A stretch of 63,667 bases of DNA, filler included, from Octopus bimaculoides (Eukaryota): assembly GCF_001194135.2 (NCBI RefSeq). It is 9 parts of 7 records of this genome, joined end to end, with 100 filler letters (N's around TTAATTAATTAA, not from the genome) between each part and the next. Parts side by side here need not be neighbours in the genome. Positions count along the whole stretch, not along the records: positions 1 to 5,719 come from NC_068987.1; positions 5,820 to 8,737 come from NC_068983.1; positions 8,838 to 12,096 come from NC_069009.1; 6 more parts are not named here. One strand, written 5' to 3'. Both the position numbers and the translations under genes were made by a program. The notes beneath the pieces were generated by a model, which saw nothing but the letters and a program-made list of their open reading frames with translations, made no database searches and was not told the DNA's origin. Shown one piece after another: positions 1 through 11,380 of the stretch (within the stretch, counting starts at the first letter, position 1; each line of letters begins with the position of its first letter).

Positions 1-1010
1 GGAATGACAGGCCAAGCCCCCATCCTCCGATCCTTCCAATTCTCCTTTTGAACCCCCCAAAATGATGTATGGAAGAAAAATATCGAAGCTGTTCAATGAC
101 AAGACAGAACATCATGAAATATATCAAAAGCATCTTCAGCGACATCCGATACAAAATATCAATGAAATAGACATGCAACAAATTTAGCGACGCAGGATAT
201 AAATGACGTAATCAAGACTGGCAGATACAACACAGTTTTAGAATCATCGAATAACCAAGTGGTAAAGAAAAGTCAAAAATATGAAAATATAATACAGTTT
301 AGCAAAACAGGATGCGATTACACAATGTGGAAGAAGAGAAAGAGCGAGTTACTAAGACTGGCCAGTGGGAAGCGATTTACTGATAAACAAATTCATATAA
401 ATAACTTCTGGATAACAGTATCTGAAAAACCATATATAGAAAAACAACTGTGAAAAATAGAATGACCATCGAATAAGCCAAAAATATCTTTAGCGATTTT
501 AGATACAAGATGACAATTTATAAAGTAAACAGAAGGGCAACTAAAGTTGCAAAGCAGGGTGTAAACAACAGACCGATACAGGAAAACTATTGAATCAGCT
601 AATCAATAAACAGTAGGTAAATGAACAACACCAGCAAATCATGCTATAGCTTAGAAAGACAAGCTACGATTACGAAGAACGACTCCTGCATTAGTCTTTG
701 GCAAACGATATACAGATAAACAATTTCCGAAAGACAACTTTTGAATAAAGGATCTAAAAACTATTTGTAGATAAACAACAGTAAAAATGACCAGTAAAAG
801 TTGAACAACCAACGAACTGCCACGTGAAACGATGACAACCATAGGCAGCCTCACAATAAAACATCATTTGAAACCAGCTAATGAAAGTGACACATAGAGA
901 TAGAAAGCTGAACACCGCTAAAGTAAATAAAAGCAGCCTGAATATAGGACAATTTTCGCTTGAGGATCTTGGTGATGCAGAAATTACGTCATTAGGGAAA
1001 GTATAAATAA
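1..1010 (+). mobile_element. Highly decayed LINE ORF1-like remnant, clade unassigned
   Basis: Purine/A-rich + strand with broken reading frames (PSSDPSNSPFEPP...; QDINDVIKTGRYNTVLESSNNQVVKK...; IFSDFRYKM) and many stops. The assignment rests on resemblance only; no catalytic motif is seen. Confidence 0.3.
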
Positions 1011-1224
1011 ACATGACATTCTACATCCTGTATTGAGTACTTTATTCCGCTTTTGCAGACAGACGATAAAATTTGAATGCTTATACATCCATACTTAACG
1101 ATATATATATGACTGTGTATGTGTGTGTACGTATACATACATACACATATACAAACGTAAACATATATTTAGATACTTAGATAAAATTCGACCAGACTGG
1201 AAAAGACATTAAATGATGTTTCAT

Positions 1225-1425
1225 ATTACAGTCATTCTTTGGGCACCTTAACTCATTCTAGCAAAGAGTTATTAGTTGCAGAGTCGCAGGTAGTTTATCG
1301 GGAATTTTTTGGAGGTATTCATCCAGGAAACATAAGAATGTCAACAAGTCTTTTTTCTCTTATGTATCTCGGCATGATGTTAAAGAAAGCAGGGCCAGTT
1401 CAGATGAAGTAGTTTTCTCTTATTG
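1225..1425 (-). mobile_element. CR1-like LINE 3' end remnant
   Basis: Minus strand gives NYFI*TGPAFFNIMPRYIRE / KDLLTFLCFLDEYLQKIPDKLP, matching the CR1-type ORF2 C-terminus pattern F...GP.LFN.LP..IR...LD.YL..IPD.P. Confidence 0.6.
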
Positions 1426-1429
1426 GTGT

Positions 1430-1628
1430 GATGTGACGCGTCCATGGTTTTGTTGGGGAGAAACATTGCAAAACAAAGACGCACCAGGTGGCAGTAGGAT
1501 CAGACCCCCACGACGCCGATCGGCAGACTGACGCCTGATAGTTGCATCAAGTGGTTCCTAGCGGCGGAAGTCAGAACTACAACGAGCTTGTCCTACGGAG
1601 AACATTTCCGGTTACTTTTGGGTACACC

Positions 1629-1634
<6 letters not shown>
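1430..1634 (-). mobile_element. Mariner-type terminal fragment/MITE
   Basis: Minus strand begins TA-TGAGGGTGTACCCAAAAGTAACCGGAA (about 1605-1634), a mariner-like TIR with a TA target, abutting a (TA)n run. Confidence 0.6.
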
Positions 1635-1674
<40 letters not shown>

Positions 1675-2599
1675 NNNNNNNNNNNNNNNNNNNNNNNNNN
1701 NNNNNNNNNNNNNNNNNNNNNNNNNNNNNNNNNNNNNNNNNNNNNNNNNNNNNNNNNNNNNNNNNNNNNNNNNNNNNNNNNNNNNNNNNNNNNNNNNNNN
1801 NNNNNNNNNNNNNNNNNNNNNNNNNNNNNNNNNNNNNNNNNNNNNNNNNNNNNNNNNNNNNNNNNNNNNNNNNNNNNNNNNNNNNNNNNNNNNNNNNNNN
1901 NNNNNNNNNNNNNNNNNNNNNNNNNNNNNNNNNNNNNNNNNNNNNNNNNNNNNNNNNNNNNNNNNNNNNNNNNNNNNNNNNNNNNNNNNNNNNNNNNNNN
2001 NNNNNNNNNNNNNNNNNNNNNNNNNNNNNNNNNNNNNNNNNNNNNNNNNNNNNNNNNNNNNNNNNNNNNNNNNNNNNNNNNNNNNNNNNNNNNNNNNNNN
2101 NNNNNNNNNNNNNNNNNNNNNNNNNNNNNNNNNNNNNNNNNNNNNNNNNNNNNNNNNNNNNNNNNNNNNNNNNNNNNNNNNNNNNNNNNNNNNNNNNNNN
2201 NNNNNNNNNNNNNNNNNNNNNNNNNNNNNNNNNNNNNNNNNNNNNNNNNNNNNNNNNNNNNNNNNNNNNNNNNNNNNNNNNNNNNNNNNNNNNNNNNNNN
2301 NNNNNNNNNNNNNNNNNNNNNNNNNNNNNNNNNNNNNNNNNNNNNNNNNNNNNNNNNNNNNNNNNNNNNNNNNNNNNNNNNNNNNNNNNNNNNNNNNNNN
2401 NNNNNNNNNNNNNNNNNNNNNNNNNNNNNNNNNNNNNNNNNNNNNNNNNNNNNNNNNNNNNNNNNNNNNNNNNNNNNNNNNNNNNNNNNNNNNNNNNNNN
2501 NNNNNNNNNNNNNNNNNNNNNNNNNNNNNNNNNNNNNNNNNNNNNNNNNNNNNNNNNNNNNNNNNNNNNNNNNNNNNNNNNNNNNNNNNNNNNNNNNNN

Positions 2600-2635
<36 letters not shown>

Positions 2636-3311
2636 TCCTGCGCCTCTCTCGTGACATCTCTACGTTACGAAATTGGTTTTCGACACTAAAAAAAAAAATT
2701 CTGTTTCCGGTTCAATACGCATAATTTTTCTGTATCACATCTTACTCATGTGTATATTGGCTCACCCTAAGTAGTTTGTAAATGTGGCTTTCTTATCATT
2801 AGTTCATATGAAAACCAGCTGAAGACGAATATATTTTTGAAAGCTTATCCGGAAGCGAATTTTATCCAGTATTATTATTAATGTATCTTTTTTTACATAT
2901 TTTCTGTATTGTGTGGATTTTTTTCTGCTTAAATCTGTGTCATACGCTTTTCGTTACGCGAAAATCTAATGTATCATTGTGTTATCTCGTGAGAAATATA
3001 CTCCTCGGCTGCAAAGCTGTGAGATTGTTTTATATTCCACTTGTTTGAATTATATCCGTGTGCGTCCGTGTGTGGGAGTATGTTTGTGTATATGTGTGTG
3101 TGTGTCTGTATATATGTATGCTATGTATGCATAGTCGTATATATGTATATGTATGTCTCTCTCTATATATATATGTGTGTGTGTGTGTATGTGTGTGTAT
3201 GCGTGTATGGGTGCGAGTGTGTGTACATACATATATGTGGGGGTGCGTGCATGTATATATAAGTACGTATGTATATATGTATTTATTTGTATGTATATGT
3301 ATATATATATT

Positions 3312-3360
<49 letters not shown>

Positions 3361-3465
3361 TAAAATTCGATTAGAGATTATATTAGCCTCTGAAGGGACG
3401 GTGCCATCCAAGGAAATACTGGTTCAATACCTAATACTTTGGTGGAATTGATTCCCTAAAATAAT

Positions 3466-3499
<34 letters not shown>

Positions 3500-3507
3500 C
3501 CATGTAA

Positions 3508-3802
3508 CAGGTCATCCCATAAGTTCTGTCTGATTTTACGTTTTTTTTTTAATTGAACGAAATTTAATGGTATTTTAGAACGTCTAATGGGAGTAAAAAT
3601 TATTTTTATGCATTTGTGTACATTTAAACTAATTAAATATTATTTTACAGAATAATAGAATTTCTTTGATTAAAATCCTTTCTAACATGGAAGTATCCAA
3701 AGAGCATTTAAACTGGACGTCCTGTTCGATCTTCATCTTCAAGGTTGAAATCTCCACTTCTGAATTTTGCAAACCATCTTCTGCAAGATCTCTCATTCAA
3801 GC

Positions 3803-3835
<33 letters not shown>

Positions 3836-3890
3836 TGTATGTATGTATGTATGTATGTATGTACGTATGTATGTATGTATGTATTCGCCA
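3508..3890 (-). mobile_element. Internally deleted mariner element interrupted by (TATG)n
   Basis: Minus frame CLNERSCRRWFAKFRSGDFNLEDEDRTGRPV is the mariner second HTH (WF.KF.SG...LED..R.GRP). TIR-like CAGGTCATCCCATAAGTTCTGTC at 3508-3530. Confidence 0.8.
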
Positions 3891-3929
3891 NNNNNNNNNN
3901 CTGAAATCTACAAGTTCTTTTTTCATTTT

Positions 3930-4075
3930 TTCTGTTATTTTCTCTTATTCCTTTCTGTTGAAGAGCGTAGGCTCGAAACGTAAAAGACTTCTTTTTCATT
4001 TTCACGAGCGTCAAATTAATACACTTGCTTGTCGTTCATACACCTGTCATCGTCTTTTGTTTTTGGTTCTTGTAA
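3930..4075 (+). mobile_element. Penelope-like terminal repeat (pLTR) fragment, family H1
   Basis: Homologous to the reverse complement of 16051-16230; carries a hammerhead motif. Confidence 0.6.
3951..3986 (+). ncRNA. Minimal type-I hammerhead ribozyme motif with variant core CUGUUGA
   Basis: CUUU-CUGUUGA-A-GAGC guag GCUC-GAAA-CG-UA-AAAG. Stem I CUUU/AAAG, stem II GAGC/GCUC, palindromic ACGU stem III. Confidence 0.7.
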
Positions 4076-4134
4076 GTGACTGTCATGGGCGGAATGTCTT
4101 TGTCCGTAGGACAATTTGGACAGGGTAAAACAAC

Positions 4135-4550
4135 TCTATCACTAGCACCACCACCACTATCGCCATCACAACCACAACTACCGCCGCTACTACAACCACC
4201 ACCACAACATCCACAACTATCACCATCATTTCAACCACCACCACCACCACAATCACATCCATTACTGCCATCACTGCTACTACTAGCTCTACCACTACCA
4301 CCACCATGACTATAACAACTACTACCACAGCAACTAGCACCACTACAATACTATAACAACCACCACAACCACCACAACACTCACCATCACTACCGCTATC
4401 ACCACCACCACAACCTACCACCCCTATCACAACCAGTACTACCACCTTCCGCACTACAACTGCCACCTCCACCACCACTATAACTACCACAACTGCGACC
4501 ATCAACAACACCACCTCTACCACCCAAACTACCACCACCACCACCGGCAT
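4135..4550. repeat. Degenerate (ACC/ACT/ACA)n low-complexity tract
   Basis: Imperfect trinucleotide periodicity over about 400 bp. Confidence 0.85.
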
Positions 4551-4819
4551 CGAAGTCAGTGAAACTGAAAGTACCTCTGGATAGGTGTGCCGCTATCCAG
4601 GGCACGTTTCTCAATTTACTCCATTGTAGACACTCGGGGTAGACTTCCTACAACTCCGACTCTCCCCACCCCATCACCTGTACTTATTGCACCATTGCAC
4701 CCTATCTCCCCCCCCAATCACGCTCTTTTTGTTTCCTTTCTTTTTCTTTCTTTTCTTTTTTTTTTCCTCTGTACAAACAACTGATCTATTGTTTATTGTA
4801 CAAAGTAAATGACCTTGGA

Positions 4820-5043
4820 ATATTCTTTTCTACTCTAGGCGCAAGGCTCGAAATTTGGTGGTGGTTGTGGGAGGGCAGTCGATTAGATCGACCCAGTACG
4901 CAACTGGTACTTAACTTATCGACCCTAAAAGGACGAAAGGCAAAGTCGACCTCGACGGAATTTGAATTCAGAATGTAAAAGCAGACGAAAAACTGCTCAG
5001 CATTTCGTCCGGCGTGCTAACGTTTCTGCCAGCTCGCCGTCTT
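4820..5043 (-). mobile_element. SINE family B (tRNA-derived head plus CCTTTCATCCTTTCGGGGTCGATAAATTAAGTACCAG domain)
   Basis: Reverse complement aligns by eye with + copies at 8976-9184 and 39597-39806; B-box-like GAGTTCAAATTCC. Confidence 0.85.
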
Positions 5044-5093
5044 AACGACCTTGGAATATCAAAATTAATGGCGACAAACTGGAAAGGGAAAGA

Positions 5094-5150
<57 letters not shown>

Positions 5151-5221
5151 CATTTATCTATTTATTTATTTATTTATTTATTGTATGCTAGTTTTTAAAG
5201 TTGTTGCCATTGTTGTTGGTG

Positions 5222-5222
5222 C

Positions 5223-5267
<45 letters not shown>

Positions 5268-5277
5268 CAGTAGTAGC

Positions 5278-5354
<77 letters not shown>

Positions 5355-5375
5355 CAGCAGCAGCAGTAGTAGTAA

Positions 5376-5414
<39 letters not shown>

Positions 5415-5438
5415 CAGCAGCAGCAGCAGTAGTAGTAA

Positions 5439-5496
<58 letters not shown>
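5222..5496. repeat. Compound (AGT)n/(AGC)n microsatellite
   Basis: Directly visible; source of the poly-Ser and poly-Val ORFs. Confidence 0.95.
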
Positions 5497-5719
5497 TGGT
5501 GTTGTAGTTTGCGTTATTATTAATTATGGAGAATTGAGTTCATGGGAATTTTTGTTAGAAAATGTAATAGAAGAGAATGTAGGTCAAAGGTTTGTGTAGT
5601 TTGAAGGATGGAGGGATGGATTGACAGGTGGTGGTGGTGGTGGTGGTGTGGTGGTGGTGGTCGTCGTCGTCGTCGTCGTCGTTGTCGTGACGGAGGAAAA
5701 GGTGGTGGTAGAGGTAGAA

Positions 5720-5819
5720 NNNNNNNNNNNNNNNNNNNNNNNNNNNNNNNNNNNNNNNNNNNNTTAATTAATTAANNNNNNNNNNNNNNNNNNNNNNNNN
5801 NNNNNNNNNNNNNNNNNNN
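5720..5819. other. Assembly spacer 44N-TTAATTAATTAA-44N; also at 8738-8837, 12097-12196, 30021-30120, 52164-52263, 56316-56415, 60470-60569, 62503-62602
   Basis: Eight identical 100-bp gaps, each with a central 12-mer that has stops in all six frames. Confidence 0.95.
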
Positions 5820-6290
<471 letters not shown>

Positions 6291-6859
6291 TTATCTGTCT
6301 GAGGTCGTTGTTGTGACTTGACAGATGACTAAAGACTCCGGTGCATTTTTTAACTACACTGTGTTACGAAGGAATAATAACAATATTAATAACAATAGAA
6401 GTCCGATGCCCAACAGAAGAAAACAAACTGCGCTGCACAAACAACATACAACACAAAGACTAATGCAATAGAAGACTCAAACCAAATTCCATAACAAAAC
6501 ATACTGATGCAATACAATATTCCACAGGTAACAAAAAATGAAGCACACACACTTCACCCGTGCAAAAGTGCAGTAAGTGATGCAAAAGAAAGTTACGTGA
6601 AACTATCAGCTGTTGAGAAATAATAGTGGTGATGACGATTGTGACGAACATTACCTTACCTCAGTTTATGAGAGACAGGTGTTTTCGAAGAACTCTGTAA
6701 CAGCGAAAATGAGGTTGGACCATTAAAAGAAGGTCTCTCGTTGGGCAGCTGTTCAGTGAAGATGCAGAATGACCACAGCTGTTATCCTAAGAAAGTATCA
6801 GGAGATAATAGAGGAAGGAGGAGGAAGGGGACCAGCAAAAGACAACGGGATAGTGGTGC

Positions 6860-7230
6860 AGTGAAAGAAGGGGCTATAGGAAAAGGATGTTAACCCTTTG
6901 GTTAGAGAAGAAAGTGGATGACAGAATTGGAGGTAGAAGAGATCACAAGAGACCTGGGAAAAAAAGACCAGGCAGTGAGAAAAACAATCAACATAAGAGA
7001 TATAGCTAAAACCAAAGAAGAACCTAAAGGAAAAAATAATAGCACTACCAATAAGAAAGAAACAACTGGCACCAGTGACATAACTGAGGAAGATCCGAAG
7101 ATTTTAGATGAGTTGCAGGAAGTAATGTGTAAAGAAGTAAGAAAAAGATTGCCAGCATTAAAATGTACCAACAGAAGGAAATTGCTAGATATGACGAGGC
7201 GAGCAGATTCTGTTATCAGGAGGATAGATA
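6860..7230 (+). mobile_element. Old R4/Dong-clade element, N-terminal part 1
   Basis: W.TELEVEEITRDL...LPALKCTNRRKLLDMTRRADSVIRRI, typical of the pre-RT region; continues at 8280. Confidence 0.65.
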
Positions 7231-7294
7231 ATACAGTTCTATATTTAAGAGATGAAGAATTATGTACATAATAATAATAATAATAATAATAATG

Positions 7295-7350
<56 letters not shown>

Positions 7351-7358
<8 letters not shown>

Positions 7359-8030
7359 TAAAATGGCATGGAAAACCTCTCAATGGCAAATACCCAAAGA
7401 GAGCGAATAATGCAGATATTGACAAAGCCCTTACCCACCAATGGTTAATGACCTCTGGCTTGAAATCAGAAACAGAAGTGTTTATCATAGCAGCCCAAGA
7501 TCAATGCCTACCTACAAAGAACTATCAGGTCAACATATTAAAGAACGGCAGTTCCCCATTATGTTGTATATGCCAACAACAAAATGAGACCATCGATCAT
7601 GTTGTCTCCGTGTGCAGTCTGCTTGCGCCTACAGAGTATCTCAACAGGCATGATAGAGCTGCACAATATATTCACTGGGTAATATGCAAAAACCTGGACT
7701 TGCCCCATGATAAAAACTGGTGGGAACACAAACCACCCCCAGTACTTGAAAATGATCACATTGCACTCCTCTGGAACTTCACCATTCAAACTGACAGAAA
7801 GATAGACGCAAATAGGCCAGACATCATACTGAAAGACTTCAGACAAAAATCATGCCTCCTCATTGATATGACTGTCCCAATCGATATAAACTTGAACAAA
7901 ACTGTACAAATCCAAATATATGGTACCCTAGGCATAACACCTAACATGAACTTCTAACTTGTTGTCTCTTGAGGTCTCTGGGTGAGACTTGGATCCAACT
8001 TGTACAAATGCAAAACAAAAGTCAAACATA
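7351..8030 (+). mobile_element. Younger 5'-truncated R4/Dong-clade copy with RLE endonuclease
   Basis: CCICQQQNETIDHVVSVC (CCHC knuckle), YLNRHD, NRPDIIL...LIDMTVP (PD..D RLE motif). The 3' end runs into (TAA)n, and there is (TAA)n on both sides. Confidence 0.92.
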
Positions 8031-8061
8031 AAATAATAATAATAATGATAATAATAATAAC

Positions 8062-8129
<68 letters not shown>

Positions 8130-8179
8130 CATCGAAAGATACCTAAGGAATGAGAACCCAGGTTCAAAATTTCCGCAAG

Positions 8180-8223
8180 ACACCTGATGAAGGCTGGAGG
8201 GTATATCAGCAGAGACGTTGTGT
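8180..8223 (+). ncRNA. Degenerate minimal hammerhead motif
   Basis: ACAC-CUGAUGA-A-GGCUG...CAGC(A)-GAgA-CG-UU-GUGU. Stem I ACAC/GUGU; two substitutions relative to canonical CAGCC-GAAA. Confidence 0.55.
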
Positions 8224-8279
8224 TAACAACAAAGACGAGGATAAATATCCGTCAATTGTAAATAATGTAAATAATGTAA

Positions 8280-8737
8280 GAGGTTAGATATTAAAATTAT
8301 AGGAGACACTAACTTATCTATCTATGCTGAGGGGGTAGTGGTTACTAGAAGATTAGATATTCCGCAAGGAGAGACTAAAAAAGAGCAAGTACAGAACAGG
8401 AGATTACAAAATTAAATAAAATCTTTAAGACAAGATCAGAGTAGAATAGAAGACGCAAAGTGAACAAGTTAGGAAACACAAGATTCAAATCTTCTCTTGA
8501 GTAAAAATACTAAGACAAAGAAAAAGGATCTAGGACATTAATAGAAGATTTGAAACAACGTATCATAGCAATAGCAGGGAAGCTCTCCAGATATCAGAAA
8601 AGAATTGATCAGTATCAACCGAATAGAATATTTCAGACAGACCAGAGAAGATTTTATAACTAACTACATAGTGGAGGTGGAGAACGAACTACTGAAGGTG
8701 AGAAACCTAATGCAGAAGAAGCTAAAACGTTCTGGAG
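8280..8737 (+). mobile_element. Old R4/Dong-clade element, part 2
   Basis: RLDIKIIGDTNLSIYAEGVVVTRRLD ... LKQRIIAIAGKLSRYQKRIDQYQPNRIFQTDQRRFYN*L...PNAEEAKTFW, the classic region upstream of the R4/Dong RT. Confidence 0.85.
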
Positions 8738-8837
8738 NNNNNNNNNNNNNNNNNNNNNNNNNNNNNNNNNNNNNNNNNNNNTTAATTAATTAANNNNNNN
8801 NNNNNNNNNNNNNNNNNNNNNNNNNNNNNNNNNNNNN

Positions 8838-9184
8838 CACCGAGGTCGACTTTACCTTTCATCCTTTCGGGGTCGATATATTAAGTACCAGTTACGCACT
8901 GAGGTCGATGTAATCGACTTAATCCCTTTGTCTGTCCTTGTTTGTCCCCTCTATGTTTAGCCCTTTGTGAGCAATAAAGAAATAAGAAACGTTAGTACGC
9001 CAGGCGAAATGCTTAGCGGTATTTCGTCTGTCTTTATGTTCTGAGTTCAAATTCCGCCGAGGTCGACTTTGCCTTTCATCCTCTCGAGGTCGATAAATTA
9101 AGTACCAGTTGCGTACTGGGTCGATCTAATCGACTGGCCCCTCCCCCCAAATTTCGGTCCTTGTGCCTAGAGTAGAAAAGATTA
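8838..9184 (+). mobile_element. Dimeric (tandem) SINE family B
   Basis: Two head-to-tail units each containing GAGGTCGACTTT.CCTTTCATCCT.TCG.GGTCGATA.ATTAAGTACCAG, joined by a linker at about 8925-8985. Confidence 0.85.
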
Positions 9185-9619
9185 GACTATACGTTAAATA
9201 ATGTAAATCTAAACACAGTATGTCTGAATAAAAGATGGGATGATCACAGTTGGGACACCTTTGACGATAGGTCTGACTGGATCAGAACTGACCTAGGGTT
9301 AAACAACAACAACCTCATGTCCTTACACTGCTCATCTATCCCAGAACACAATGCCCTTGACACACTTCGAACCAGCGACCTCTCTTCTTATTCAGGTTCG
9401 TTGACATTTTTATCATGCGAGGTGAATCTGGAATGAATAAAAGAACAACAGGTGGTTTTATGTGGTGGGCGTGGGGTAGCGGTCAGGTGGGAGAAGTTGA
9501 AGGAGATGGTGTGTGTGTGTATGTGTGTGTGTGTGTGCGTGTGCGGGTGTGGGTGAATTGAGGGAAGAGGTTGTCTTATTCCTATACTGCTGCACGACAG
9601 AAACAACATTACATAATCA

Positions 9620-9770
9620 CAAGCGTAGCTGGGTGGTACAGCGGGTTCAGTCCCACTGCGCGTTGCCTTGTAAGTATCCGCGTGTCTACCACTATAAACT
9701 CTGGGCAGATCCATTCTTTGAGAGTGAATTTGGAAGATGGAAACTGTGTGGAAGCCTGGCTGATATATAT
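9620..9770 (+). mobile_element. Diverged SINE family A 5' half
   Basis: GGGTTCAGTCCCACTGCG...GAGTGAATTTGGAAGATGGAAACTG matches the head of the copies at 16741 and 47727. Confidence 0.65.
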
Positions 9771-9784
9771 ACAGCATGTAACAC

Positions 9785-11380
9785 GGTATTAGTCATCCCT
9801 TAAATTTAGGACATTTTTACTGCTGGTCCTCGAGAATTTTTCAGTACCCATTTTGTAATGTTAACAAATGTGAAACAGGGGCTAACAAAGGTTTTTTTTT
9901 CCAAACAAAAGTTATTTCTATGATAATGTAAACCATGATCAAGCGAAAGTTTATCGTCGCATATTATTTGTCATTATGCTGTATGGAACAATGTGCTTAC
10001 CTCTCATGCTGTCTGTTGCACGCAATCAAAGTTCTTTGTAGGCGGTCACAACACTTTCCTCACACCAGCAATTAAAGTTCTTGTCTTATCGCACACCCAC
10101 AACTCCGGCACAGACTCTTACATCATTAATCAAAGTTCTTTTCTTATCGCACACACACAACAGTAGCTCTATCTGTCACACCATTAATTACAGTCCTTTT
10201 TTCATCATATATAACAACATGCACGCGCACACGCACGCACGCGATCATCGTGTCACCATTGGCCAAACAGTACAATACAGTATACAAACGTTCCCTGTCT
10301 GTCAGACGATTTCATATTTACTGTTATGGAGAAAGCAAAAAGGCGTCACTGTTTAAGACAATGTGCTGCCACGAAGGATTTAGCCAACAGCGATGGTACA
10401 GTGCAAGACAAATCGTGGCTAATGAATTTGGTGTTTCAAAGCGAACAATGCAGTGCATCAAGAAATTTGGAATCATTGCAATCAGTAGAATTGGCATGTG
10501 CGGGCCAAAGCGCACAACATCTGTGTCCACAGATCGAGCTACTGTGCGTATGGCCGTCGTGAATCCCCAGAAGACACTGAGTACTGAAGTACTACGGGAA
10601 GGCGATGTCAAATTGTCGCCTGCTGAAAGAACACTTTTAATGCGTGCGACCAGAGCAAAAACCACGCCTTACTAACAAAATGCGTCGGAAACGTTTAAAA
10701 TGGTGCGAAGATTATCTAACCTGGACTGTCCACTAAAGCAATGGGGTGGCTTATGATATCTGTACACCGTAGAAGTCGCTTGCACATTGTGGAAAGGACA
10801 ATGAATGCCAAGAAATACAGGTAAGCACTACGTACAAGAGTGTTGCCGCAGGTTCGAGAATAGTTTGGCAATAACAAATGAACTTTCATGCACCGACGTA
10901 GCTCCTTGCCACAAAGCAACGTCTGTTAAAGATTATCGCCTGCGCGAAAGTGTCACCGTTCGGCAGTGGTCGAGGAACAGCTCTGATATAAATCCCATAG
11001 AGACACTGTGGGCTGTGATGAAGTGGCGTTTGCGGTTGCAATTACCAATAAACAAGAGTTGATTGCGACAATCATCAAGCTGTAGAAGTAAGGCTCAATA
11101 GTTGCTGAAACGTGTCAACGTTTGATTGCTTCGATGTCGAGGCGAATATCGGCTTCGGTCGAGGCAAAAGGCGGCCATATTAAATATTGAAAAGGGTGAC
11201 TAATAATATATTATGCTAAAGTTTCGCTTAATTCTGTTTTACATTGTGATAATAATAAAAAAAGAAATGTTTGGGAAACGTTTGTTAGTCTCTGTTTAAC
11301 ATTTGTTAGCATTACAAAAGTTGTACTGCAAAAGCTTTGAGCAGTAAAAATGAACTAAATCAAAGGGGTGACTAATAATC
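9785..11380 (+). mobile_element. Decayed Tc1-family DNA transposon with long (about 190 bp) IR-DR type TIRs
   Basis: Transposase pieces (HTH; SRLHIVERTMNAKKY; DVAPCHKA...QWSRNSSDINPIETLWAVMK; SMSRRISASVEAKGGHIKY* ending 11190). 9785-9973 is the inverted counterpart of 11195-11380. Confidence 0.9.

Larger units (their letters stand above)
7231..8279 (+). mobile_element. Penelope-like mini-element (short 5' tail, TAA array, hammerhead-bearing pLTR) with 11-bp TSD
   Basis: Flanked by GAGGATAGATA (7220-7230) and GAGGTTAGATA (8280-8290) and interrupts the Dong frame. Hammerhead motif at 8180-8223. Confidence 0.7.

Noticed and set aside
1542-2724. Long ORFs spanning N runs (also 13.2-14.2, 21.8-23.1, 25.9-26.6, 33.9-34.4, 36.0-36.6, 37.2-38.0, 40.0-40.4, 41.2-41.7, 44.7-45.3, 49.2-49.8, 50.4-51.8, 61.2-62.2 kb)
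   Set aside because: Open only because X codons contain no stops; the flanks are dinucleotide repeats.
2815-2855. Hammerhead-like CUGAAGA...GAAAGCUU
   Set aside because: Stem II is weak and stem I does not pair; too degenerate to call, although the surroundings look pLTR-like.
3030-3451. YI/CV/HT-rich, poly-I, poly-S, poly-M and poly-Y ORFs throughout the window
   Set aside because: Direct translations of (TA)n, (TG)n, (TATG)n, (ATT)n, (AGT)n and (ATG)n microsatellites.
5764-5775. TTAATTAATTAA repeated eight times across the window as a possible biological motif
   Set aside because: Always centred in exactly 44 N + 12 + 44 N. It is an artificial scaffolding spacer with six-frame stops and produces the spurious ...LIN ORF ends.
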